This document shows positions 49,642-60,025 of a stretch of DNA of 64,000 nucleotides, piece after piece (the first letter of the stretch is position 1; every line of letters starts with the position of its first letter). A program made the position numbers and the translations under genes. Under the pieces are notes generated by a model. It saw nothing but the letters and a program-made list of their open reading frames with translations, did no database searches and was not told where the DNA came from. Origin of the DNA: Minisyncoccota bacterium (lineage in GTDB: Bacteria; Patescibacteriota; Minisyncoccia; Phycocordibacterales; UBA918); NCBI GenBank assembly GCA_041389025.1, contig JAWKSP010000001.1, forward strand, positions 256,002-320,001. The letters are read 5' to 3'.

Positions 49642-51084
49642 ATGCAAACAAAAAATAACAACTCAGATACAGAAAACACTAAAAATTTAAAACGAGGTTA
49701 TCTTCTGGTCACTGTCTTGGTTTTTGGTTCAATATTTTTTGTTATAATAGTTTCTTTTATTGGTTATATCATTACTCAAAACCACCTAATAAACCAAAAA
49801 GTGCAGATACAAAAAGCTGGTGATATCGCTGAGGCTGGACTTAATTACTATAAATGGTATTTAGCGCATTATCCGGACGATACCACTAACGGCACCGGTT
49901 TGCCCGGACCATATGTACATACTTATAATGATCCGGAAGGAGGAGTGATTGGCGAATTTTCCTTAGCTATTTCCAGTAGTACATACTGCGGGGACGTGGC
50001 CTCAATTGATGTTTATTCAACCGGAATTAGTTATGAAGACCCTTCGGTACACAAAACCATAGTAGCTAAGTACTCCCGTCCAACAGTGGCTGAGTATTCA
50101 TTCATTATAAATTCAAACGTATGGGCCGGTGCCGACCGAAATATCATTGGCCCTTATCACTCTAATGGTGGTATTAGAATGGACGGCACCAACCATTCTA
50201 TCGTTACTAGTGGCCAAACTAGCTGGAATTGCACCAGTAGTTTTGGTTGTTCCCCAGATTCGACCGAAGACGGTGTTTTTACTACTGTTAACGGAAATGC
50301 TTCATTGTTTTCTTTTCCTTCGCCACCAATAAACTTTACAGGCTTGACAGTGAATTTGTCACAAATGATGGATAGGGCGCAAAATGCTGGTGGTACCTAC
50401 ATACCACCTTCAAGCACTTATGGCTATCGAATAACTTTTAATAACAATGACACAATAACTGTCGATGAGGTAACCAACACAAGTCAGTATTGGGGTTATA
50501 CATCAGCGGGTGGTTGGCAACTGGAAAGAAATGTAATATCTGGAACGTCATTTGTTGGCACCTACAATATTTCCTCTGATTGTCCATTAATTTTTGTTGA
50601 AGATAAAGTTTGGCTTGAAGGTACGGTTAATGGGAAAGTCACTTTAGCGGCGGCTGATGTAAATACTGCAGGTGTTGATCCAAGTATTGTACTAAATGAT
50701 CACATCACCTATACCTCAGCTACTTCTTCAGGACTTTTAGCGATTGCTGAAGAAGATGTTCTGTTTGGTCTTACGGTACCGAACAACCTTGTTCTTAATG
50801 GTATATTTATTGCCCAAAACGGACGAGTGGGACGCAATCACTACAGTAGTGCATATTTACCAGGTTCTTTAGATCCTTATGTATTTAGAAACTCTGTTAC
50901 CATGACCGGAACAATTGTTTCAAACGGACGAGTTGGTTCACAGTGGACAAGTGGCGGGATACCTATTTCCGGTTTCTTAAATCGGCAAAACAACTATGAC
51001 AGAAATTTAGTCAATGCCCCACCACCTTTAGTGCCTAACACCTCGGACGTTTTTGAAATAACCGACTGGCGAGATGTTAAGTAA
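49642..51084 (+). CDS. PilX-like minor pilin
   Basis: KRG^YLLVTVL...IAEAGL. Confidence 0.8.
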   Translation: MQTKNNNSDTENTKNLKRGYLLVTVLVFGSIFFVIIVSFIGYIITQNHLINQKVQIQKAGDIAEAGLNYYKWYLAHYPDDTTNGTGLPGPYVHTYNDPEGGVIGEFSLAISSSTYCGDVASIDVYSTGISYEDPSVHKTIVAKYSRPTVAEYSFIINSNVWAGADRNIIGPYHSNGGIRMDGTNHSIVTSGQTSWNCTSSFGCSPDSTEDGVFTTVNGNASLFSFPSPPINFTGLTVNLSQMMDRAQNAGGTYIPPSSTYGYRITFNNNDTITVDEVTNTSQYWGYTSAGGWQLERNVISGTSFVGTYNISSDCPLIFVEDKVWLEGTVNGKVTLAAADVNTAGVDPSIVLNDHITYTSATSSGLLAIAEEDVLFGLTVPNNLVLNGIFIAQNGRVGRNHYSSAYLPGSLDPYVFRNSVTMTGTIVSNGRVGSQWTSGGIPISGFLNRQNNYDRNLVNAPPPLVPNTSDVFEITDWRDVK

Positions 51085-51115
51085 CTTATATCCTCTGTGA
51101 TACAATCAGTGACAT

Positions 51116-51889
51116 ATGAAAAAAGTAAAACCATTAGTGGTAGCTAATTGGAAGCTTAATCCCACTAAATTGACTGAAGCCAAAAACTTATCCTCAGATA
51201 CTAAAAAGAAAGTAGTAAAATTGAAAGAGGTAGAAATTGTGATTGCCCCACCAATGATTTTTGTGTCGGAAGTGGCAAAAATATTACAAAGAAGTGAAGT
51301 GAAGCTTGGAGTACAAAATGTATTTTATGAAGAACGCGGTCCATTTACCGGTGAAGTGGCGCCAGGGATGGTGGAGCAATTTGGAGTCAGGTACGTGATT
51401 ATCGGTCATTCTGAGAGACGAAAGTTGGGAGTAACCGATAAAGATGTAAATTTAAAAATTAAAGCGGTTTTGAAAAAAAAGATGACACCGATTGTGTGTA
51501 TTGGTGAACGAAGTCGAGATAATGAAGGAAAATTTTTTGGGGAAGTGGAAAATGAAATTAAAGCTTTGGCAGAAGATTTAACACTAAATGAACTTAAAAA
51601 GATTGTAATTGCTTACGAACCGATTTGGGCGATTGGTACCGGAAAAACCGCTACTGCTGAAGACGTAAAAGAGATGCAGTTATTTATTGTCAGCACTTTA
51701 ACCAAGCTTTACGATAGAAAGACAGCTGAAAAAATAACATTGCTTTACGGTGGATCTGTCAAAGCTAGTTTGGCCAAAAACCTCCATGAACAAGGTGGTA
51801 TGAACGGCTTTTTAGTAGGGGGCGCTAGTCTTAAGACCAATGAGTTTGCCGGAATAATTAAAGCGGTAATTGAAGTTGATAAAAAATAA
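51116..51889 (+). CDS. tpiA: Triosephosphate isomerase
   Basis: NWK, GHSERR, AYEPIWAIGTG, LYGGSV. Confidence 0.98.
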   Translation: MKKVKPLVVANWKLNPTKLTEAKNLSSDTKKKVVKLKEVEIVIAPPMIFVSEVAKILQRSEVKLGVQNVFYEERGPFTGEVAPGMVEQFGVRYVIIGHSERRKLGVTDKDVNLKIKAVLKKKMTPIVCIGERSRDNEGKFFGEVENEIKALAEDLTLNELKKIVIAYEPIWAIGTGKTATAEDVKEMQLFIVSTLTKLYDRKTAEKITLLYGGSVKASLAKNLHEQGGMNGFLVGGASLKTNEFAGIIKAVIEVDKK

Positions 51890-51898
51890 ATTTTCTGT

Positions 51899-53035
51899 AT
51901 GAAATTAAAATTGATAACGGAAGTAGAAGATTTAAGAGGTAAATACGTATTAGTGCGATCGTCACTAAATGTGCCACTTGATGGTGAAAAAGTACGTGAT
52001 GATTTTCGATTGAAAAGAGCAATACCGACTTTGCAATATTTACGTGACCAAGGAGCTAAAGTGATAATTATTTCCCATATCGGTCGAGAAGTAGATGAAA
52101 CTTTAAAACCGGTATTTAATTATTTTAATAAGCCGGAGATATTGCCAATGACTTGGGGTGGTAAGATCACCGACTCAGCTTTCATTGAATCCAAAGATAA
52201 TATGAAGGAGGGAGATATCGTCATGTGTGAAAACTTAAGGCAAGATAAGCGCGAGGAGGAAAATGATGAAAATCTGGCCAAGTTAATCGCTGATTTTGGT
52301 GATATATACGTAAACGACGCTTTTGCTGCTACTCACCGCGAACATGTATCCACCTATGGTGTAGCAAAACTTTTACCGGCTTATGCTGGCATTACTTTAG
52401 CTGAAGAAGTGACTGAGTTGACCAAAATGATGAATCCTTGTCAGCCTTCAATTCTGCTTTTAGGTGGCGCAAAATTTGAAACTAAAATGCCGTTAGTAGA
52501 AAAATACTTAGAACTTTACGATCATATTTTTATTGGTGGTGCTTTAACGCACGATATTATGAAAGCTCGTGGTCTTGAGGTCGGTAAATCTCTTGTATCA
52601 GATGTCTCTTTAGTGGATAGTCCATTTTTGTGGAGTGAGAAACTTCTTATACCAAAAGACGTAGTGGTAGAAAATTCTACTGGTGAAAAAATTACTAAAT
52701 CAGTTGATGTAGTGTTGCCAGATGAAAAGATTTTTGATTTAGGTGAAAAAACAATTTCCATGTTGAAGCCTTATTTGGAGGAAGCTTGTGCTGTACTTTG
52801 GAATGGGCCATTTGGTAATTACGAATTTGGCTATAACGAAGGAACGGAAGCGGTAGCTAGAATAGTAGCTGATGCAAAAGGAGTTAGTGTGATTGGTGGT
52901 GGAGATACAGTGGCTTCAGTCAATAAACTGAACTTGGTAGATAAGTTTGAGTTTGTCTCTATTGGTGGCGGAGCTATGTTGACTCTTTTAGAACATGGTA
53001 CTACTCCGGTGATTGAACTTTTGCGAAAAAAGTGA
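51899..53035 (+). CDS. pgk: Phosphoglycerate kinase
   Basis: LNVP, SHIGR, YVNDAF, WNGP, GGGDT. Confidence 0.97.
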   Translation: MKLKLITEVEDLRGKYVLVRSSLNVPLDGEKVRDDFRLKRAIPTLQYLRDQGAKVIIISHIGREVDETLKPVFNYFNKPEILPMTWGGKITDSAFIESKDNMKEGDIVMCENLRQDKREEENDENLAKLIADFGDIYVNDAFAATHREHVSTYGVAKLLPAYAGITLAEEVTELTKMMNPCQPSILLLGGAKFETKMPLVEKYLELYDHIFIGGALTHDIMKARGLEVGKSLVSDVSLVDSPFLWSEKLLIPKDVVVENSTGEKITKSVDVVLPDEKIFDLGEKTISMLKPYLEEACAVLWNGPFGNYEFGYNEGTEAVARIVADAKGVSVIGGGDTVASVNKLNLVDKFEFVSIGGGAMLTLLEHGTTPVIELLRKK

Positions 53036-53104
53036 GCAACAGTATAGGATACACTTGTTTTGTTACTGTTGATGGTCGTTGATAAAGAAATAGGTGTGTT
53101 GGGC

Positions 53105-53166
53105 ATACAAAAAAAGAGTGGGCGGTAAATCACAAAGTGATTTACCCGCCCACTCTTTTTTTGTAT
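53105..53166. terminator. Long near-perfect hairpin with T/A tracts
   Basis: ATACAAAAAAAGAGTGGGCGGTAAATCAC-AAA-GTGATTTACCCGCCCACTCTTTTTTTGTAT. Confidence 0.75.
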
Positions 53167-53258
53167 TCCAAAATTCCAAGTACACCACAATTAAAATCCG
53201 ATTTTAACACCACACGACAGTTAATAAATGGTAAACAAAAGTCTGATAGAATTAATGA

Positions 53259-55631
53259 ATGTTTGAGAAACCTAAACATAATTCATTAGAAAATACGCAT
53301 AAAAACGATGATTCATATTCTGAATGGTCGGATTCATATAGAATAGCTGAATATGCACATACTGGAGACGCTTCTTGTTTAACTCCGACCTTGGCTCGTT
53401 CAATGAAGATTGGTTATGAACAAATGCTAAAAGTTCCTGGTGTAACAACGGAAGATGTTGAGGCGGCTAGGATTTGGTCAGAGGAATTTGATTTTGAGAC
53501 GGAAGCAGTAAACCAAAAGATTTTGGAAAATTATGGTTTGGATAAAAAAAGCATAGAAAATTTGACTGAAGAGGGAACCGAATCTTATATAAAACATCTT
53601 TTTGAAACGGCCAGTCTATCTATATCGATAGACAACATAAATGAACAACTTCAAGATAGAGAGATTGCGGTCAAAGCATATGACATGATTATTGATTTTT
53701 TAATGAGTGAGGAAGGTTGTGTTAATAACCTTTTTTCGGTGGTAAGGTATACAAGTTCGGAGGGGGTAAGAGATATACAAATTATAAAAAAAATTTTTCA
53801 GGACATACATCAAAAGTTTATTTTATTATCTAACACTTCTGATATTTCAGAAGAAGAAAAGAGGTTGGGTAATAAATACGCTCAGATTTTGAATGAGTAT
53901 GCCGAAATTACAAATTATTTTTCAAACATCGAGTCTGTACCTAGTGATATTAATTACTTAACATATAGCTATCTCAATAATTTTTGTTTGGAAAGAAGAT
54001 TTACTGAACCGTCTACTATAGATAATGAAGAGTTGTGGCTAGCAGATCAAATGATCGGTCTGGAGCGGCTGGCTGATTTCAATAGAGATACTTTAATTCC
54101 GTTTGAAATAGAAAGAGGACGAATAGCTATTTTTGATTGGAACAGTACTGCTTTGTATACACATAATAAAAAAAATCCAGATGAATATTTACACTACATA
54201 GACAATCTTAAATCACAGATAGAATATTCTGTAAAAGGACAATATTTTGCGCGTCGTATTGTGGCTGATATACCACCTGAGTTGATGGACGAAGCTGACT
54301 ATTTGATTGACGCTGGAGAACAGGTGGGTTTGGGTAGTACAAAAGATATTTTTGTTAATCAGGAACAATTGAGAGATTACTTACATCTGTTACGTGCCGA
54401 CATGAGGGAGACGATAGAAAATGATTTCAATTTCTCTCTAAAGGATTTATCGATTAAGGAACAGGTCTATTTCTTAACTTATCTGCAAAAATCGTCTGTT
54501 GAAAAAGCAGAGTCTGTAAGTAATTTAGTTTCTTCCTATGGAGTTTCTGGTATGCGCACCTTCCTCTCTCTTGAGCAGGGCGATGAGTCTTTAGGAAACG
54601 ACATAGTGGAATTTGGGCAGAATTTTGGCGATGCGGATAAAATCTTTTCATATTATGGAGAGCTTTTAGACAGTGCTGACAACGCAGAAGAATTAGTAAA
54701 AGAAGCGGTTGATTGTGACAGTGTGGAATGTTACGCCTTTATAGAGCAAGTACGAGAAAATATTTTAAATCGAGCTCAGAAGGATTTGGAGAAAGCGGTA
54801 CGAGCTAAAGATTTGAAAAATCTTGAGCAAAGTTTGGGAAATTACGTGGCAGAGGCTAAAGAGTATGTGGCTTTACTGCAGGAAGTTGGAAGAAGTAATA
54901 TAGAGAAAGTCTCAGCCAATTCCTTATCTGAAGCTGACAAGAAGTCCATGGCTGAACTTCTTATAAAAAATTACGAAGCAATCAGTCCCGGGGAAGATCA
55001 GGCAGGTTTTAGGGAGGCGGTTTTGAGTTCTTTAATCAATAGTTTTGATAATCCAAATACTGAATTTAGAATTTTACGTGACAAAGATAAAATAGTCAGC
55101 TTCAATCGTTTTGATACCGTTGTAGACGAAAGAGGGAACGAGATAACTTACTTTGGATCCTTTAACGCTGATCCGACTTATAGTGGAGTGGGTGGAGTGG
55201 TACTTGAAGAAACTATTAAAGATAGACTAAAAGACGGTCGGCCAATGCAGGCTCACACTGACCCCAACCAACCGATAACTAAGAAATATATCAATAGTGG
55301 ATTTGTAGTTACAAACATAGAACAGAATTACGCTAATACTGGTCGTATGATTTTCGAGATCTGGCAATCACCGGATGTAAATAATATATTAAAAACTAAA
55401 CAAGCTGGTGATGATGAGCTCCTTAGTATGATAGGGAGTGAGGATGGTGAGGTGACAGTTAGAGAGCAAAGGGAAAATGACAAATATGAAGAAATAGATA
55501 GCGGAATGGTGCTAACCCGTTATATCAAAGACAAAAACAAGACCTATCTAGTATTTGAGAAATACACTTTTGGTGCCAGAGAAGACGGCGTTGATAACGA
55601 AAACAAACTCAAGGAAAAAGAAGCGGCTTAA
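53259..55631 (+). CDS. Large hypothetical protein, possible C-terminal GNAT-like fold
   Basis: 790 aa; IVSFNRF...FGSFNADPTYSGVGGVVL...YINSGF. Confidence 0.65.
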   Translation: MFEKPKHNSLENTHKNDDSYSEWSDSYRIAEYAHTGDASCLTPTLARSMKIGYEQMLKVPGVTTEDVEAARIWSEEFDFETEAVNQKILENYGLDKKSIENLTEEGTESYIKHLFETASLSISIDNINEQLQDREIAVKAYDMIIDFLMSEEGCVNNLFSVVRYTSSEGVRDIQIIKKIFQDIHQKFILLSNTSDISEEEKRLGNKYAQILNEYAEITNYFSNIESVPSDINYLTYSYLNNFCLERRFTEPSTIDNEELWLADQMIGLERLADFNRDTLIPFEIERGRIAIFDWNSTALYTHNKKNPDEYLHYIDNLKSQIEYSVKGQYFARRIVADIPPELMDEADYLIDAGEQVGLGSTKDIFVNQEQLRDYLHLLRADMRETIENDFNFSLKDLSIKEQVYFLTYLQKSSVEKAESVSNLVSSYGVSGMRTFLSLEQGDESLGNDIVEFGQNFGDADKIFSYYGELLDSADNAEELVKEAVDCDSVECYAFIEQVRENILNRAQKDLEKAVRAKDLKNLEQSLGNYVAEAKEYVALLQEVGRSNIEKVSANSLSEADKKSMAELLIKNYEAISPGEDQAGFREAVLSSLINSFDNPNTEFRILRDKDKIVSFNRFDTVVDERGNEITYFGSFNADPTYSGVGGVVLEETIKDRLKDGRPMQAHTDPNQPITKKYINSGFVVTNIEQNYANTGRMIFEIWQSPDVNNILKTKQAGDDELLSMIGSEDGEVTVREQRENDKYEEIDSGMVLTRYIKDKNKTYLVFEKYTFGAREDGVDNENKLKEKEAA

Positions 55632-56422
55632 ACAATATCTCCACTACTTAAATTCCACATACTTTCAAACAAGTATTTATGGGTATTGGCTATGTATTGA
55701 TCGGTGATGATTATTCCTACTAAATAATTATCGGTAAGGGTAATATATGACACTTTTTGGTCGTAAATCTGCATAACGGTTTGGAAATTTGGTCTTTGAC
55801 CAGTTTCTTTTATTAATTTTACCGTAGTAACTGCGTGATCATATGACTTTAGAAAATCTCGGCTTATCTTAGAATCAATTACCAAAGCTCTTTTCTTTAT
55901 CTTTTTATCCTCCCGCATTACTGAATATTCAGCGTTTAATTCAGGTATATATTTTTCAATCGCCTCTAAGTCGGCATAGGAGAGAATTTCTTCGGTAGAA
56001 GTGAGACTGTCCATTAGAACTTCCCATACCCCGTCTTTTCCTTCGTAAAACTGCATACCGGGCTTGCCTGAGGTGAGATTAAAGAGTGAGGAAAGTTTGC
56101 CGGAAGTACTTAAAAACTCTTCCTTAGTCCGTTCAACGCGGGCTTTTTCGGCGTCAATGGCTTTGTTTATAGCTACCGGATGCTTGGGGGCGAAAGTCGC
56201 CACCTTACCTTCCGGATCTTTCTTTTCTGCTAAATCTAGTCGGATCAATTCTTCCAGCACCTTATAGACTAGTGGTCTGGATAGGGAATATTCACCAGGG
56301 ATGGCTTTCGAGATAGTGCTAGCCGGTGATTCTCCAAGCTTCAAAAGTGCTTCATAAACCACCGCCTGCTCTTTGGAGAGGCCGGCAGAAGCAATGTTTT
56401 CGGTATATTCAAGGTTTATCAT
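55628..56422 (-). CDS. TrmB-family transcriptional regulator
   Basis: AGLSKEQAVVY...SRPLVYKVLEEL; KPGMQFYEG. Confidence 0.88.
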   Translation of the reverse strand: MINLEYTENIASAGLSKEQAVVYEALLKLGESPASTISKAIPGEYSLSRPLVYKVLEELIRLDLAEKKDPEGKVATFAPKHPVAINKAIDAEKARVERTKEEFLSTSGKLSSLFNLTSGKPGMQFYEGKDGVWEVLMDSLTSTEEILSYADLEAIEKYIPELNAEYSVMREDKKIKKRALVIDSKISRDFLKSYDHAVTTVKLIKETGQRPNFQTVMQIYDQKVSYITLTDNYLVGIIITDQYIANTHKYLFESMWNLSSGDIV

Positions 56423-56551
56423 ATCCCTATACAATAGCATATTATTTGTATTTGTCACATGACAATTACAAAAATATGTTGATAACTAACAAAATAAATG
56501 TCTAAAAACAAGGATTTTATACTAAATTGTATTAAAACTGTACAATAAGAT

Positions 56552-56580
56552 TGACAATACACCAAAACCCTGTTATGCTA
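56552..56580 (+). promoter_or_regulatory. Sigma70 promoter divergent from trmB
   Basis: TTGACA-17-TATGCT. Confidence 0.65.
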
Positions 56581-57209
56581 TACACAGTTAAATAAAGACC
56601 ACAACGGTCAAGGAGAGAGTACCTTCAAAGGAATCATTAGAAATGACTAAGAGCCCAACCTTCGCTCCAGCCCTCGAAAGCGAGAGCAGGACGGTGACCA
56701 CAGCCGAAAGTGTGGCAGACAAAGAAGGAAAGGGAATCACTCTTACATTAAATCTAGATGATTGTTTGCACGATACTGGAGATAGGCCGCAAACCCATCT
56801 CATATATAAGGTATCACCCGTGTAACTCCAAACTTAGGTTTGGAAGGACATCGGCTGGAAACAAAACCCTAACCAAGTTTTGTTTTCAGAAATGTCCTTT
56901 TCATACAGACGAACGCAGTGAGGACAATATAAAAAGAGACCCAGCACCACTTTGGTGCCTTGGCACCAAAGTGGTGCTGGGTTAAGTTCCAGACAATAGA
57001 AATAAAAATACTAAGAATCAGTTTGTTGCAGAAGCTACAAGCTTATACACCAAACCGATTCTTTGTACATCATAAGACCATAGAGCTGGGGAGAGAGAGT
57101 CAGCTATGGCCGATGAAAGACAGGAGAGAGACTTTGACAGTTGAATATTTATCCAGCACTAACTTTTAATAAAGTTAGTGCTGGATAAAATACACGCTAC
57201 AAACAAAGG

Positions 57210-57467
57210 TTATTTGTAGATATCGTGGGAACCAATGGCAAGAAAAATGGCAGAGTCCTTGTTTTCGTAAGTGAAAACTATACGAATTTTGTAGTTTACG
57301 GAAAAGCTATGAAGTCCTTGAAGCCTTCCTTTTAGAGAATGGGTTTTGAGAATTGGATTCTTATGATCATCTTGAAAAAGTTTGATTTTTTCTCTTGTTT
57401 CCTGTTTTAAAGCGGGATCAAGTTTTTTAAATAAACGGAGGAATTTTGGACTTAAGGCAACTTCCAT
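57210..57467 (-). CDS. RelE/YafQ-family mRNA interferase toxin
   Basis: F-R-FKKL...LKTHSLKG...SFSVNYKIRIVF...IGSHDIY. Confidence 0.9.
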   Translation of the reverse strand: MEVALSPKFLRLFKKLDPALKQETREKIKLFQDDHKNPILKTHSLKGRLQGLHSFSVNYKIRIVFTYENKDSAIFLAIGSHDIYK

Positions 57468-57494
57468 ATGTGTAATATTAGATGAAGTTAAATA

Positions 57495-57707
57495 CTAATC
57501 CTTTAACAGATCATCAATATTACCTCGTAAAATTTTTCCTTCACTTACTTCTTTTTGTGCCTGAAGAACTGCGTTTACTGCTTGTTCTTCCTTATATAGC
57601 TTTATAGCTTGTCGTACGATATCAGAACGAGAAAGCCCAGTTTCTTTAGCGGTCTCTTCGATAAATTCTGTAAGTTCCGGTGATAGAGGAATAGAAAAGG
57701 TAGCCAT
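57495..57707 (-). CDS. Ribbon-helix-helix (CopG-like) antitoxin
   Basis: TFSIPLSPEL...SRSDIVRQAI; directly upstream of the toxin. Confidence 0.85.
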   Translation of the reverse strand: MATFSIPLSPELTEFIEETAKETGLSRSDIVRQAIKLYKEEQAVNAVLQAQKEVSEGKILRGNIDDLLKD

Positions 57708-57731
57708 AAAATAAATTTTTATTAAAAATTA

Positions 57732-57761
57732 ATATGAATTTATCATATGATAAATTCATAT
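57732..57761. promoter_or_regulatory. TA operator, perfect 30-bp palindrome
   Basis: ATATGAATTTATCATATGATAAATTCATAT upstream of the antitoxin. Confidence 0.7.
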
Positions 57762-57780
57762 ATTTTGCAATTTTTAAATG

Positions 57781-57850
57781 AGAAAATAGCGGAAGGGAGA
57801 CCTTAAAGAGGAGTGACTAGCGATGAAAAAGGTCTACCTTTGGTTACTTT
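57781..57850 (+). repeat. Dispersed hairpin repeat, copy 4 of 4
   Basis: AAAATAGCGGAAGGGAGACCTT...AAGGTCTACCTTTGGTTAC with compensatory changes. Confidence 0.75.
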
Positions 57851-58128
57851 ACAAAGGAAGATTAATAGAAATCAAATAATTTTTGTTTGTAGCGTGTATT
57901 AATTAAAACTGCTGAATGAAATAAGTCAGTGGTACAAACAAAATAAAAAGGTCAGCCACGCTTCGTGTGGCTGACCGGTGGATCATAACCAACTGGAGAG
58001 AAGGTTATGTCTCCACCAAAACACATCGAACTTAAAAAATAAATGAAATCATATTAACTAAGATACTCTGGTGTGTTTTGGTGGGGATCTCACGGAGAGA
58101 GACCTGTGTCTTGTATTAAGGAGGAGAG

Positions 58129-58644
58129 ATGAAATATGGGACAAAGAGTGGGGAAGTAATTGTAATTCCCCGAAAAGCGGATGAGCATTTAAAAGCTCAT
58201 CCGGAGGTAGCTGCAATTTTGCCTGAAACTATTGGGCGGGTTGTTTTGCCTCAGGATAATTCTTTCCTATCGACGGAAGTCGACATGGGACGAGTTGTAG
58301 GCCGGTCAGGGCGAGTGAAAACCCCCTTGATTGGTATTGAGGACAAGGCTCTTTTTGCCCAACGTATCGGACGAGATAAGCCGAGTCGGGTGATTGTTGG
58401 CGAGGGTGAGGAGACGACGAAAGTCACAATCCTTGCTTTTCCGTCCCGAGAAGAAATAGGTGTTTATGTTTTGGTAACTTCTTGGATCGGGACTTTGGCT
58501 CAGAAAGAGCCTTGGGATCCAATGATTAAAACCAAGCAAGAATATCAGAGATGTTTGCAATTCTGGTGTTCTAATGCTCTTGTTTGGAATTCTGTAGTAA
58601 TGTCGGAACCATTTGAGAGCAGTTGGGAAGAAATCCTTAAATAA
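58129..58644 (+). CDS. Hypothetical protein
   Basis: AAGGAGGAG SD; 171 aa; EPWDP...FW..NAL. Confidence 0.75.
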   Translation: MKYGTKSGEVIVIPRKADEHLKAHPEVAAILPETIGRVVLPQDNSFLSTEVDMGRVVGRSGRVKTPLIGIEDKALFAQRIGRDKPSRVIVGEGEETTKVTILAFPSREEIGVYVLVTSWIGTLAQKEPWDPMIKTKQEYQRCLQFWCSNALVWNSVVMSEPFESSWEEILK

Positions 58645-58806
58645 TTTTGAGGCAGTGGTATACCACTTAAATGTAATTACTACATAGAATTGGTATATCA
58701 ATTCTATGTGTGGTGATTCCCTACCAATAAGACAGGGAGGAGTGCAAGGTTAATCTGTGCCTGTAATGAAGCATAGATTGAGCGCTCAAACTCAAGGAGA
58801 ACAGAA

Positions 58807-59877
58807 ATGTTTAAGAAAATCAGTGATACACTTGGCAGTAAGTTTGTTTTTACTAGTGAGGTTGCCAGAGTCCTGTCCTTGGGATTTTCCGGCAAAAAGA
58901 ACGTCATCATTTTTGGACCGGCCGGTCACGGTAAGTCCGAGATGGTGCAATCGGTGGTAGAAGGTCTTGGTCTACAGGACGAGACATTCTGCCAATTTTT
59001 TGGGGAAGGTATGGATGAGGCCCGCCTTTTTGGTGGGTTGAATTTCAAAAAACTCGAGGAGGAAAAAGTCCTCGAGTACTTTCCCGAAAACAGTTTTCTC
59101 AACCATCGCATTGTGGTATTCGAGGAACTGTTTGACGCTCCGGCGTCGGTGTTGTTGGCGTTGAAAGACGTTTTGACAGCAAAAGAGCTCCGCAACGGAG
59201 CCCAGCGTTTCAAGATGAAGACGGAGATCATCATCTGCTTGACCAACAAGGAGCCTTCAGAGGTTTCTGAGTTGGGGCCGGCTGCTCACGCCTTAATTGA
59301 GCGTTTTCCTCTTCAGTTAAATCTGAAATGGAAAGATTATAGCTCAAAAAGTTACCTTTCGATGTTTGAAAAGGTGGCTGAGCGGTTAGGTGGACCTGTG
59401 ATGAACGGGTTTAAGGCTGTTTTGGCGGAAATTCTGGCTAAGGCAACCGAGGAGGGAAATTTTGTATCGCCCCGCACGGCGGTACATGCTTTTCAAGTGT
59501 GTCAGGCAAGCGCAGCAATGCGCGGGTCTGAACACGTGGAAAAGGAGGATTTAGTTGACCTTCGTTTCCTTCCTGGTCTTGAAGGTCTTGCTCAAACAAT
59601 TGAGGAAGACCTTAAGCGCGCGATGGAGCGTGCTGAGGCAGAAAAGAACATGCAAAAAATTGAGGAGCGTCTTCGTCCGCTCCTTAGAGACTTGGAAGGA
59701 GGTCAGACTCCTATCAAGTTTTTGCAAATTGCTAAATTCCTGCAAGATTTGCAGGATCTGGCAGCTAAGCTTACGGTCAGTGATGACCTAAGCGAAAAGC
59801 GGAAAAATTTGCGTGAACGGATTGGTACGGCAATTCCGCAAGCACAACAAAAAGCACTCGAGGTAACTCGGGTGTAG
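58807..59877 (+). CDS. MoxR/RavA-like AAA+ ATPase
   Basis: Walker A GPAGHGKS, Walker B VVFEE, ALIERF, SPRT. Confidence 0.88.
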   Translation: MFKKISDTLGSKFVFTSEVARVLSLGFSGKKNVIIFGPAGHGKSEMVQSVVEGLGLQDETFCQFFGEGMDEARLFGGLNFKKLEEEKVLEYFPENSFLNHRIVVFEELFDAPASVLLALKDVLTAKELRNGAQRFKMKTEIIICLTNKEPSEVSELGPAAHALIERFPLQLNLKWKDYSSKSYLSMFEKVAERLGGPVMNGFKAVLAEILAKATEEGNFVSPRTAVHAFQVCQASAAMRGSEHVEKEDLVDLRFLPGLEGLAQTIEEDLKRAMERAEAEKNMQKIEERLRPLLRDLEGGQTPIKFLQIAKFLQDLQDLAAKLTVSDDLSEKRKNLRERIGTAIPQAQQKALEVTRV

Positions 59878-59891
59878 GTTTGGTTGGGTTT

Positions 59892-59917
59892 GCTCGAGTC
59901 ATTGGTTTTGGCTCGAG
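59892..59917 (+). repeat. 26-bp hairpin repeat after the AAA+ gene (identical copy at 61399-61424)
   Basis: GCTCGAGTCATTGGTTTTGGCTCGAG. Confidence 0.85.
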
Positions 59918-60025
59918 TACCCTCTACAGAATATAAAAGTAAAATAATTCTTTGAGTTATTTCATATTTATATTTTGTTTGGGTATTTTTCTAATCTTTT
60001 TTGTCCGTATGGATAAGGAGGTAAG

